This document shows, in pieces, positions 1 to 12,060 of a DNA stretch of 64,000 nt. A program made the position numbers and the translations under genes. Below the pieces are notes generated by a model, which saw only the letters and a list, made by a program, of their open reading frames with translations, was not told the DNA's origin and did no database searches. How positions within the stretch are numbered: the stretch's first letter is position 1; each line of letters opens with the position of its first letter. The DNA is from Nemertoderma westbladi (Eukaryota; Animalia; Xenacoelomorpha). The stretch covers positions 1 to 64,000 of the forward strand of contig JAUCBJ010001232.1 in NCBI GenBank assembly GCA_032718475.1, in the 5' to 3' direction.

Positions 1-1134
1 ACAATTACAGTTCCACGATTCAAAATACAATAACAAACATTTTTTTTAGTTAATATCTAACAAGTTTAATACTTATTATAATTTGGTATACCATATTATT
101 TTAAATACTAAATAAAATATGACTAATTAAATACATAAATACCGATATTTTTGCGCTATTTATATATATATTACTTAAATAATTGCAAATGTGGGGTGTT
201 GCAGAAGGAACTCCGTTAACTTAATTATAATTAATTAATATAATTGTCCTCAATAATCCCACCGATGCCCGACTTGGTATCAATGGAAATTAGGAGTAAT
301 GTGAAATTTTGTGTTTTAATTAACAGTAAATCAAACCTTCCTCATAACTTACGAACACAGAGACAAATATTAGGAATTTTTGGATCACATGGAGCGCGTT
401 CAGGACAATTTTCATTTCAGTCAAGTCATATATTATTCAGCACTATGGTGTGTAGGAGATTATAGTTACATATTCAGCTTTATTGAATGTATTTCGTAGA
501 AAGTTGAACGAAAAACAGCCTATCAAATTGGCTGTTGAAATCAAATTAATGTTTTTTCAGATTTTAGATGCGACGAGTAATAATATAAGATTGAATTGAA
601 TTAGATAATGGTGATGGTACCTGATAGGATGGATGTTGAAAAATCTAATGTTTTGGAACACCAACACATCCGCGGACACCAACAATCTTTATTTGTATGT
701 AAACTCCAACAGAAAATCAAAATTATTATTGAGCTTCCGTATTATAAACCTTTAATTTTGTTAGATTCATTAGGAAGTGCGTAGCAATTAAATATAAGTT
801 CTACTACAATCCATCATATATTATGTGATCATTCCTTCATAAATAATTATGATAACGTTCATATACATGAATAGCAGAAAACTCTCGTAATTGCCAAACA
901 ATACTATCCACTGAGGGAGATAGTTATCTAGATGTGTACCAAACGGGTTAGTTACCGACAGTCGCGGCGACAGTGATGAGGTTTACTATAAAATTGCACC
1001 ATTAAAAATACGATTTCAAAATGCATTTAAATGTGCAGAGGAAACACTCAGTTGGACTTTAAGTAATACAGCCGATAACGCTAATTGGTGATTAATTAAT
1101 AAATAAATGCTAATCGATTGGGATTAATGTATTA

Positions 1135-2058
1135 TTATTGATCCACCCAGGGTTTCGCTCTGAAGGACGCCTCCACGAGACGGCCGTTGGTCGCCTGAAT
1201 CGGCCGGAAATTATTCCGGATATACACCGCGTCAGTGTCGCCGTCCTTCATCGTGATGCTGATGATCTGTTCGAACTGCTTACTGGAGATGTGGATGGGA
1301 TCCTTAAAGACGATAAACCTGACACATTCGTTACAGGGCGGTGTGGTGAGGGAGCCCTTGTATGTCCAGTAAGTGTCGTGGTTCGTCGGCAGGAGGAGAG
1401 AAGGGTCGTACGTGAAGGACTGAAGGTCGACCTGGCTGCCTTCCTTGTCAACCCGAGGTAAGAGTTGGGATATCTTATCGAAGTGTTGGTGAGGAGTTTC
1501 ACCAACGCGGATGAGGACAGCCAGAACACACAAACCATCTGAGTGATTGACAGCATCATTAAACGTTGGTAAACTGCTGTTCCAATGGACGATGTGGAGT
1601 TCAGCTTGGTCGAACTTGCCGTCGACTGAATGTTCGGAACCTCGATCGCTGTCTGTGTCCCCCCAGTGCATGTGGAAGTGGTGAAGATGGAAGGGCACCG
1701 TTAAGGGACCTCCTTCCAACACGTAAGTCTGATTATCCTCGTAACGCACGACTACAGAATGGCCGTTGTTCCGAATATATTTGACGACAGCCCTGCTGTA
1801 GTTAGTTGCCAAAGGCGACCGTGATAGCTGTGGATTGTAAGAGGCTTGTAACTGCTGTAAATCTATAGGGGATTGGAGTTTGCCACAGGATGCGGGGAAC
1901 AGATCCTTCCATTTATGCACACCTCTCGGTCCGGTGTAGTCCCAACCGTGGATGTACCGCACAGTTATACCTGTGGCCTGCCGTCGACGCACCCAGGTCA
2001 ATTGTTTCTCAATCGAGGGCGACGATATAACTCGTAGTATTTGATGTAATTGTATCAT
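1135..2058 (-). CDS. Alpha-carbonic anhydrase, single exon, probably mitochondrially targeted (CA5-like)
   Basis: Motifs WDY, QSPIDL, NNGHS (proton-shuttle His), HFHMHWG (two Zn ligands), GSEH, ELHIVHW (third Zn ligand), YWTYKGSLTTPPC and NNFRPIQ. Likely start is MIQLHQILRV at 2058, where the AT-rich leader ends; the ORF track extends to 2190. N-terminus is Arg-rich and acid-poor. Confidence 0.93.
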   Translation of the reverse strand: MIQLHQILRVISSPSIEKQLTWVRRRQATGITVRYIHGWDYTGPRGVHKWKDLFPASCGKLQSPIDLQQLQASYNPQLSRSPLATNYSRAVVKYIRNNGHSVVVRYEDNQTYVLEGGPLTVPFHLHHFHMHWGDTDSDRGSEHSVDGKFDQAELHIVHWNSSLPTFNDAVNHSDGLCVLAVLIRVGETPHQHFDKISQLLPRVDKEGSQVDLQSFTYDPSLLLPTNHDTYWTYKGSLTTPPCNECVRFIVFKDPIHISSKQFEQIISITMKDGDTDAVYIRNNFRPIQATNGRLVEASFRAKPWVDQ

Positions 2059-5000
2059 TTCAGAATTATTGCAGAAATATATACCGGTACCGGTAATAGT
2101 TTTAAACCGTACTACTACACACAAATTAAGACTACCTCTGTAAAATCTTGATTGTGAAATGCTACCTTGACTTTTGGTCGCATACATCATACAGTAACAA
2201 TCTAAGGATGAGAAAGTGAGTTCGTGGGTAGCCCAACAACTGTTGCAAAGATAACCGAGGGGTTTCTATATGAAAATAGTGCGACCAACCATCAGATCTA
2301 TTTTCGTTTGAAGTATAGAAAATATGAATTAGTATTCAATGTTGGGCAAGTCAAAGTTTTTGAACTTACTTGTACTTTGTGTCAATATGCGACTAATATA
2401 TTCCAAATATCTTAACATTCTTACACAATAAATTTGCACACTTTCTGGTTATGTACAGTATACTAAACGAAACCTATACTGATCTAAATAGTGTACAGTA
2501 TCTAATGAATATTTCACTATCATTTCTGAGGGACTTTATAATATCACTTCACATTAATTGCAAGACATCATATTGCCCGTTCTGTACAAGCATGAAATGA
2601 AGTCAATTATATTCGCACACCCCAGCCCATCACCTACAATATTATTATTACTGTATATTGTACGCAATTATTATTATTTAATATTAAACAACAAAGTCTA
2701 CATACAGACCACTAAAAATTTAACTAAAAAATATTAGAAAAACGTGAAAAACAAAGGCGCATGGTTAGCTCTATGGAATAAAAAATCTAAAAATGGATAT
2801 CATTTGCAACTCACCTGTGACCTGAAGAACAGATTCTTCTTTGAAAATGTACTTTTATGCGAGGGTGGGACAAGGACAGTTGACACTGACGAAATCACTT
2901 GAACAATAATTACGGATTGGTGGTTATTACAAAACATATTACACAAGACTATTATACTGTATCAGCTGGAGAAAACACATGACAAACGCCGAGCTTTATG
3001 GTACAAAGCTCGCCTTTATGTGAAAGCAGACTACAATTGTCTTGTCACTGGACACAATAACTGTCCCAATTACCAATCGCATGTCTTTTCCCTAGGAAGC
3101 AACATAATGTGCCCATCACAATAGGAACAAATGATACGATAAATTATGTAGGTACAGTACTAACACACAAAGTGTTTCAGCATTAGAGTTATCATAATAC
3201 TGTATGACGATTGCTGGACCACCGGGAACGAATCAGGAGACATATACCACCACTACTGTAGCTTATAGAGAAAATCTCTCCATTCGGGAAATAATGATGC
3301 TGCCAGCCAGTTCAAACTGACATGCCTCGTCATATTGAGAGATAGTTACCTATCTTAAGAGATTTTGGAGCATGTCGACTTTTTTTTAGAGATGATCGAT
3401 CTTATTAATAAATAAAATATCAATTAATAAAAATAAAATTATGGTGGAAACATTGGGTGTAGAGATGGAAATATTTCTGTAACTTTGAGCTCATGTTATC
3501 CTAGTTTTGTGTAGTTGCAGTTCCCTATTATGCGCATTCTTTGCACAACTACTTTGTGTATTGGTAATAACATAAATAACAAAGACATGCGGGATTCAAT
3601 ATATTTGTATCCTATCGATTTGGTGCAACGCTGAACTAACAAAATCATATCTGAGACATCATTGGCAGGACACGGTTGTCAACTACAATAATTATTGTAA
3701 GATAACTTTTCCGCTTTTTGACCTTCCTCTAAGTCTTGCTTAAGCAAGATCTACAATTTAAATTAAACTTTAAAAATCGCTGAATATGTTCCCAACATAA
3801 ACAAAGTCAGGGATATGCTGGATAATACCAGAAAAGAGGCACAGAATTGCTCCCTCAAGTGATTCTGATATTACTCCTTAGTCATAAGCAAAATAAGGTA
3901 CTGGATTTTAACGCTACTTCGCTCTGTTATTGTGTTTGTGAACACTGTCAATGAATTACTCCATAATTAGTATACACAAAATTATCAGAAGAAAGACATG
4001 AGATCATTTAAAATAATCAACATTAAGTTAGAATAATATTACTATATTATTTTAATTGCTCGAAAATGTTGCATTATAAGTATTTCGCGCAGTGTTAGCC
4101 AGTTTTCATAATTAGCAGTATATGTGGTAACACATTACATTTACAGACCGTTACCCTAATACCAAATCATAATATTATACACCAACTATCCAAATGTACA
4201 TAAAATGATAAATTTTAACAACCAATGAAATAACAGAAATAAGTTCGTTCGATGAGTTTTGCATCATCAATGATGCATCCTGTTAATGACTTTAATAATT
4301 GCTTCAATTTCCTGCACATCAATATGTCCATCATCTAATGAAAAAAAGATGCAATTATGTTATTATAGCAAATTTAGCATTAAATTTATTTAAATGGTAT
4401 ATATAAAATAAATAGCTTGTACTTGCTTGTTACATTTATTCAGCATCCGAATAATAATATATAATTTAAATTGAGTAATTTTTAGAAATGGAATGTCGAC
4501 ATTATTTTCAAGCTTTTATTGATTTTCAAACTAAGTGTCCTACTTAAAAAAAACTTCCTAATCAACATACGGCCGCAATGATTCTCTGAATAAAATCAAA
4601 CTTGGCATTACATTTTCGGCTGCCACATATTTCAACAATGTTATTTATACATGATGACGAATTGCCATACACATTTGATTGAAACAGTTGCGAAGTGAGT
4701 AATACAAATCACTATATAACACTAATATACCGTAGACTTGGTAGCACAATCTCTAAAGCAAAGAATTAATACACGTTGCCAACAATAATGGCATCACTGC
4801 TTGACGGACAAAATTAAATGTAATTTTGACACCTAAAATTTTCACAGTCCTGTGTACCAAGACTGGATTACCATACGATTACCGTAATCGGTTTATTGGT
4901 CTACCAATTTGAGTATTCGTATACAGTATACTAACTGCTAGTTATCTTAGATTGAATTTTGTTTCATTTTACTAATACAATTTGTTTTAGATTCGTTTTA

Positions 5001-5954
5001 ACTTGTGATATCTAATTTTTAACGAATACCGGCGAGAGTCCATTTATTAAATTAAATATTACATATTGTACATACAGTATATCGACACACACGACTGGGA
5101 TGCATGTAAAACCTACTTAACTAATGATCTACCAAGTACGAGTAGGTCATGGAAGGTCTACCCTCCTCTCATAATATCCAAAGTTGTACTAACTGTTTAG
5201 ATCCTGCGCCGAGAATAACAACCGACTGAAATCATCTATTATCTTTGAATCGTCACTCGTTCCATCTTTTGACCTTTTCCCCAAGCTGCCAATAGCATAG
5301 TTCCCTAAATAACAGAATAAAGTAACAGACATATAACCCATGTTGTCGTTGTAAACCCGTACCATGTACAATGGTACAATAGAAATGCACAATGTCCGTG
5401 TACATGAGAGGTATAAAAAGTCTTAATTTAGGTGATGGCATACTCACCCCCCCCCCCCCCCCCCCCCGGACCCAACTTTTCTAATATCTTAATGAATATA
5501 GGAGAATCTTTTAGGCTCATTAAGCAGCCAAGAAACTCCTTTCCACCGCCATGGGCGGTCTTCCACAATAAACCTTTATACTCTGTTTCCCAAAGGAATG
5601 CCTGTTCACCACTTTGGGTGATCTTCCACAGTAAACCCTTCAACTCTTTTATCCAGTAGTATAATTATAATTAATATCTTAATGCGATTGCATGAAACTC
5701 GGAACAGAAAATGTAGTTTGAGCGGAGACCCATGAGTCAAAATTGTTATTTTCAATATTTTGTTGATACAAACAAACTTTAAAGAATATCTACGAAAAAA
5801 TGTATCTTCCATTGATTGTGTTTCAATGTTTCAATTGACGCACCAAAGCTCACCTTATTAAATTATCAGCTTATCAAGTAAATGACAACTGCAGGCCTAT
5901 ATTCTCGGAGTTGGTGCAGGCTTATATATATTTGAAAGTGACAATCATGTAAAT

Positions 5955-6180
5955 ATCGGGGTGCGGTCCCCTCAGAACTATACTCCCCAGAGGGAACTGA
6001 TACTCATTTAACTGCCATATTTGGGAGATATGCGTCATGGATATGGATAATCCCTTTCAAAATAAATATTCATGCTGAAACGAAAACTTACCTGGCCCCC
6101 TTGCGAGGCTAGAACCCACTACAACCTCTGGTCTCAGAGATGCAAATTCAAGTTAACGGAATAAACCACTACACTAATGA
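5955..6180 (-). mobile_element. tRNA-derived SINE, copy 1
   Basis: Minus strand has A-box-like TAGTGTAGTGG and B-box-like GGTTCTAGCC. The body (GAACTATACTCCCCAGAGGGAAC...TACTCATTTAACTGCCAT) recurs at ~26500-26580 and, inverted, at ~53480-53565. Confidence 0.6.
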
Positions 6181-6534
6181 GGGATTTAAGATCAGAGAGC
6201 AAAACTTTAAAAGACAATAAAGACACCAACTGCTTATTGGCATGACCTGAAGCTCCACAAATTCATTAGGATTTGGACTTCATACTGTGTTTGGGTTATG
6301 AGAAATTAGATAACTAACCACCGACGTTTGTGCATTAAAACGTTACCCAAGGCGGTCGACTACGATATTGTATGAGAAAGAATAAAGCGAACACATATCT
6401 CAACCGAGAACTCATATCCTTTAGACAATAGGTTGGCCGCCGTTCGGGCCCATCTTGGGTGAAATACACTTTGAACTTGTTTTATTATCGATCCGTCAAG
6501 AAGAATCGAGGAAAAATTAACATTCAAAAGTATT

Positions 6535-8112
6535 CTATGGTTTACATAGAAACAGTAACCGTTATATTCTAGTAGCTCTATGGTTTACATAGAAACAGTA
6601 ACCGTTATATTCTAGCAGCTCTATGGTTTACATAGAAACAGTAACCGTTATATTCTAGTAGCTCTATGGTTTACATAGAAACAGTAACCGTTATATTCTA
6701 GCAGCTCTATGGTTTACATAGAAACAGTAACCGTTATATTCTAGTAGCTCTATGGTTTACATAGAAACAGTAACCGTTATATTCTAGCAGCTCTATGGTT
6801 TACATAGAAACAGTAACCGTTATATTCTAGCAGCTCTATGGTTTACATAGAAACAGTAACCGTTATATTCTAGCAGCTCTATGGTTTACATAGAAACAGT
6901 AACCGTTATATTCTAGCAGCTCTATGGTTTACATAGAAACAGTAACCGTTATATTCTAGTAGCTCTATGGTTTACATAGAAACAGTAACCGTTATATTCT
7001 AGCACCTCTATGGTTTACATAGAAACAGTAACCGTTATATTCTAGCAGCTCTATGGTTTACATAGAAACAGTAACCGTTATATTCTAGTAGCTCTATGGT
7101 TTACATAGAAACAGTAACCGTTATATTCTAGCAGCTCTATGGTTTACATAGAAACAGTAACCGTTATATTCTAGTAGCTCTATGGTTTACATAGAAACAG
7201 TAACCGTTATATTCTAGCAGCTCTATGGTTTACATAGAAACAGTAACCGTTATATTCTAGCAGCTCTATGGTTTACATAGAAACAGTAACCGTTATATTC
7301 TAGCAGCTCTATGGTTTACATAGAAACAGTAACCGTTATATTCTAGCAGCTCTATGGTTTACATAGAAACAGTAACCGTTATATTCTAGCAGCTCTATGG
7401 TTTACATAGAAACAGTAACCGTTATATTCTAGCAGCTCTATGGTTTACATAGAAACAGTAACCGTTATATTCTAGCAGCTCTATGGTTTACATAGAAACA
7501 GTAACCGTTATATTCTAGTAGCTCTATGGTTTACATAGAAACAGTAACCGTTATATTCTAGTAGCTCTATGGTTTACATAGAAACAGTAACCGTTATATT
7601 CTAGCAGCTCTATGGTTTACATAGAAACAGTAACCGTTATATTCTAGCAGCTCTATGGTTTACATAGAAACAGTAACCCTTATATTCTAGCAGCTCTATG
7701 GTTTACATAGAAACAGCAACCGTTATATTCTAGCAGTTCTATGGTTTACATAGAAACAGTAACCGTTATATTCTAGCAGCTCTATGGTTTACATAGAAAC
7801 AGTAACCCTTATATTCTAGCAGCTCTATGGTTTACATAGAAACAGTAACCGTTATATTCTAGCAGCTCTATGGTTTACATAGAAACAGTAACCGTTATAT
7901 TCTAGCAGCTCTATGGTTTACATAGAAACAGTAACCCTTATATTCTAGCAGCTCTATGGTTTACATAGAAACAGTAACCGTTATATTCTAGCAGTTCTAT
8001 GGTTTACATAGAAACAGTAACCGTTATATTCTAGCAGTTCTATGGTTTACATAGAAACAGTAACCGTTATATTCTAGCAGTTCTATGGTTTACATAGAAA
8101 CAGTAACCGTAT
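6535..8112 (+). repeat. 43-bp tandem array, ~36.6 copies, unit ATGGTTTACATAGAAACAGTAACCGTTATATTCTAG(C/T)AGCTCT
   Basis: ATG recurs every 43 bp from 6537 to 8085 (1548 = 36 x 43). Only point variants, no spacers. TCTATG-GTTTA-CATAGA hairpin across each unit junction. Confidence 0.98.
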
Positions 8113-9911
8113 TACTAGAGGAAGCTGAATCCCAGCCTTATTGGTGGTGTAAAGAGCGACCAGCACAGTCCTGCTGTTCAATTCCCTTAGAGACGTGGGA
8201 AACCCATTTCACAAAGATATTAAACAGCCCAGATGCGGACCCTATAGATACCGGTGACGAACAGACTACGGACCAGCTGGACTCGTCCGTCGATGATGCG
8301 GACGACGCATGTAATAGACCTTTCACTGCCGAGGAGATTGAAAGGGAATTATGGCGGAAGAAAAATGGTAAATCGGGTGGACCGGATAAATTAACGTATG
8401 AGGTTTTGAAAGGATCAATATCGCTAACAATATATCTCTGGACGTTGCTATTTAACATATGTTTAACAACAGGGTCCCTTTTCACTTCTTGGAAATTTAG
8501 TTTAACTAAAGTTCTGTATAAGCTTAAAGGGCTACGCGATGATCCCAATAACTACAGGGGAATTTCACTGCTGTGCAATCCATATAAACTCCTCACAGGT
8601 TTAGTAGAGAGACGCCTACGGGAATTTCTAGAATGTAAGATACCGACCTGGCAATTCGGGTTTATATCTGGCAGATCAACAATGGAACCTTTACGCCTTC
8701 TACTCTTACGGATCAAAGCTAACCTTTCCACGCCGAAAAAACCTTTATATGCGTGTTTCATTGATTTCCAAAAGGCCTTCGACTCAGTTCCGCGGTCAAG
8801 GATCCTGCTTAAGTTAGAACACGTATTTAAAGTTAATGGTAAATTGTTAAACTTAATTAAAGCAATCCTCAGCCCAAACTACATACACATTTATGATGGT
8901 CTGCGAAAGTCAAAGTCTGTAAAACAGACTCAAGGATTTCTACAGGGCGATAGTTTGAGTCCGTTTTTGTTTATATTATATATCTGGGACCTTATAAAGT
9001 TTATTAAACGATCAGCTGAATCTGTAATTGCTTTCCTGTTTGCCGACGACTTGGTATTCTTCTCGGATTCCAGAGTTGCTCTACAGTCTGCTATAGACGC
9101 AACTTATACCTGGGCGTCATTGAATGGACTGACTGCAAACTTAAAGAAATCCCAAATTATCAAGTTTAGGCGGGGCGGTAGACTTTGTAACGCCGACAAA
9201 TTCTACTACAATGGCAAACCTGTAGAAATTGTCAACAACTACACGTATCTCGGTATTGTGTTACAGCCAACACTTTCTTTCAGTTTGCACGTTATAAACA
9301 TCCAATGTAAGGCGCTTAAATCAATACATGGTATTAAAAATCCAACTATACTGTCACTCGGTACAGCGATAAAGTTATTCAACATAAAGGTTCGTCCTAT
9401 AGTATTATACGGTCTCGGAGAAATCTGGCAGTTCTTAAAGGCATCAAATTTCCACGACATTGATAGAATAAAGACAAATTTTCTAAAACGCGTACTTTCA
9501 TTACACAAAACGTCTCAAAATCGATTAGTGCTGGCGATATGCAAGGAAAATTATTTGTGTGCTGATCTACAGGCGGTTTTAAATGCACCGAAAACTGAAG
9601 AATTTTGTAAATATTTTCAGGCTGTGAAATCAAAGCAAGAAGAAATTCCCGCTAGTTTTTGGAACTCTCCGGCCTTCACAAATCAAAAGTGGAAGAACTC
9701 AAATTTTAAGAATAGACATATAATAACGCGTATGTCCATACACGGCTTCCATCACCATATTTGTAGCACTACTGATTTCCATGATCCTACCAGTGACTGT
9801 ATTTGCTCGCTCTGTGGCGCAATGGCGGACAAGTATAACCTTACAGCGTGTTCTAGAAACCATCACCCGCTATCTTATTGGGCGAACAAATCATCACGGC
9901 AACGAAAGTAG
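8085..9911 (+). CDS. Non-LTR retrotransposon ORF2-type reverse transcriptase with C-terminal Cys/His domain, lacking the APE endonuclease; uninterrupted 608 aa
   Basis: KSGGPD, NNYRGISLL, QFGF..GRST, FIDFQKAFDSV, GFLQGDSLSPFLF, LFADDL, YTYLG and a C-terminal H/C cluster (HHHIC...CICSLCG). The first 9 codons come from the last 43-bp repeat unit. Confidence 0.93.
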   Translation: MVYIETVTVLLEEAESQPYWWCKERPAQSCCSIPLETWETHFTKILNSPDADPIDTGDEQTTDQLDSSVDDADDACNRPFTAEEIERELWRKKNGKSGGPDKLTYEVLKGSISLTIYLWTLLFNICLTTGSLFTSWKFSLTKVLYKLKGLRDDPNNYRGISLLCNPYKLLTGLVERRLREFLECKIPTWQFGFISGRSTMEPLRLLLLRIKANLSTPKKPLYACFIDFQKAFDSVPRSRILLKLEHVFKVNGKLLNLIKAILSPNYIHIYDGLRKSKSVKQTQGFLQGDSLSPFLFILYIWDLIKFIKRSAESVIAFLFADDLVFFSDSRVALQSAIDATYTWASLNGLTANLKKSQIIKFRRGGRLCNADKFYYNGKPVEIVNNYTYLGIVLQPTLSFSLHVINIQCKALKSIHGIKNPTILSLGTAIKLFNIKVRPIVLYGLGEIWQFLKASNFHDIDRIKTNFLKRVLSLHKTSQNRLVLAICKENYLCADLQAVLNAPKTEEFCKYFQAVKSKQEEIPASFWNSPAFTNQKWKNSNFKNRHIITRMSIHGFHHHICSTTDFHDPTSDCICSLCGAMADKYNLTACSRNHHPLSYWANKSSRQRK

Positions 9912-11249
9912 ATATATTTTTAAATTTATTCCATAGCTCATATAATAAACTCGATTTTACTTCGGTTTGTTTTTTAAATTAATTAATTTATAACTACTTA
10001 TAAATTGAATTTTAGTGCCATATCGCTTAATGAATAGTATTATCCTTGTTAATTTTATTTGGTGCCTAAATAACGCTAGGCTTATTGTTAAATATATATA
10101 TTTTACTACAAGTACATACTTCTGGGTGTTATGTATTATAATATATGTATATATATATATAATCATACAAACCTTCATATACTGTATAATATATATATAT
10201 AAATAAAAACCATCTACTTTAGTTTGAATTTTCCCTCACAATCCCACACTCTTCCCTCTGCCTAGAATATGACCCACTGTCTCAATTTTGAAGAAGAAAT
10301 TATATATTCAACACATGTAAACAGGCTTTATGTTTGTTTATAGCGAAAAGTGTCTGAAACTTCTGTCATACCGTCATGGGCTCCCCTATAACGATCATGT
10401 TAGTCACGAAATGCCATCTGGAAGGATCACTGGGATCTGTGTTCACTGCCGCTACCGTTACCAAAATTGTGCTTCCAGATATGAATGCTAATTCATGGAT
10501 TTCAATACGATGCAGTACTGTAAGCCTACTATATTTAAATTTAATAGAATCAACACGCGATTTACCCCAAAGTATTACCTATTTAACACATAGCATAAAA
10601 AATATTTGTATTATTCAAACTTGAGAGTGTATCAGACGTGGCAAAAGTGCCTTGCTATGTGGAATAGGACAAATTATTATGCAAAACTTAGAGGAAGCCA
10701 ATTGCTACACCCACTAATAATTAATCAATGAAAAATAGTGGATTAGTGATCTTTAATCTCTATTTACTGCGTGTGTTTCTTCTGTCCGTAAGATATGTTG
10801 TGTCACTAAATGTTCTGCACCTGTTCTCACGCTAGTACATCCACCTTGTTTCAAGGTAATCCTTGTAGGCCCAAAAAATATTTGTGCGTTTTCGTATGTA
10901 TAAAATGCTGTTTGTTGGATCCCATCACCCACATCTTTGATAATAAACAAGTCGACAAATAATTGCGACTTGTACAATTCATTATAGGTACTGCTATTTT
11001 TGAATTATCATAAAAATTGTTGATTATCTTTCATTTTAATTACCGGTACTCGTCCACTGCATCAAAACAAAGTATAATTTCATTAAAAATAAACCATTTA
11101 TTAAAGTATTAAAATACCTATTTAATAGAATAAATGATAAAATGTGTTGCAAGCTGATGTATTTTGTAGATCAATTTAGTGCGGTAGATGTATCATGTAG
11201 ATGTACCAAAGTATGTAAAAAACTAAAAAGCAACAAGACCTAGATGTTG

Positions 11250-12060
11250 CATGCAATCAGTGATCACGGGACAGCAGCCAACTGATCAGTACGTTTCGCC
11301 CCGCAGCTGAAGCCATTCTCAGGAGGCCAATGAACAGAGAGATCTGTAGGTAACTAACCACTGGGAAGCAGCACCACAAACTTGCGACAATCACGTTTCT
11401 GCTTGTTGATAACGGGCTTACTTGTATGAATGTAATACATTTCAAGCTTAGGCAAGACTGGCCGCAATGGATGTCTAGCAAATACTTCGAATTATTTAAA
11501 GAATTCATGCCAGTAACTCAGTCAGCGTGTATTGGGCTCGCCGCGGTGCGTCATGATGTGGTTGTGCACAGTCTTACCCTGTTGGCTCCCATCCTGGTGC
11601 TGTCCAACGCGCTCAAACAAGTGTTGGATGGCGTGTCCAACATATTCCCCTTACAAGAATGACAAGAGAAGGAGTAAACGACATTAGACCCAAGGATTTC
11701 CGGCAGTTTAGATGTAGTGAAAACAAACGGAACTGGTCTTGGACACGGCCATTTCGGATGTGAATTTCTCTCTACATTTCCTGGCTTGGCCTCGTATAAT
11801 ACTTTATTATTGGTTAGGGCCCTAGTCAATCTCCAACTTCTGAACTTCTATTGAAATAATATAAGTTAACTTAATAAGAGCTGATAAGCTGAGTTTCGTG
11901 GAACTTTATCACTTGTAAACCAGTTGTTATTAGGCCTGGCCTACAACTGACTGACATACAAATCTGAATACTGTTTAGCAAGATCTCTTTTTACTTCTCG
12001 ACATACTGTATTGTATGCCTGGCTGTCGCCTGATGGTCTATTTGTTAAAACATTAGAAAG
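11250..12060 (-). mobile_element. Penelope-like element remnant (GIY-YIG endonuclease and 3' terminal repeat region)
   Basis: Minus strand reads SNVVYSFSCHSC, frameshifts to YVGH..QHLFERVGQH, and later gives LEMYYIHTSKPVINKQ, the usual Penelope GIY-YIG layout. A CTGAGAA...GCGAAACGT hammerhead-like motif follows at ~11285-11325. Boundaries approximate. Confidence 0.75.

Noticed and set aside
1138-1784. Overlapping short ORFs across the carbonic anhydrase (likewise within the RT and MCCC2 ORFs)
   Set aside because: Alternative-frame or antisense shadows of GC-richer coding sequence.
5525-5650. Two diverged ~63-bp repeats giving KGLLWK twice
   Set aside because: Too short and without a recognisable domain; may be a TE scrap.
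6535-8112. CRISPR-like array next to an RT
   Set aside because: Units are contiguous with no unique spacers, no cas genes are present, and the context is eukaryotic.
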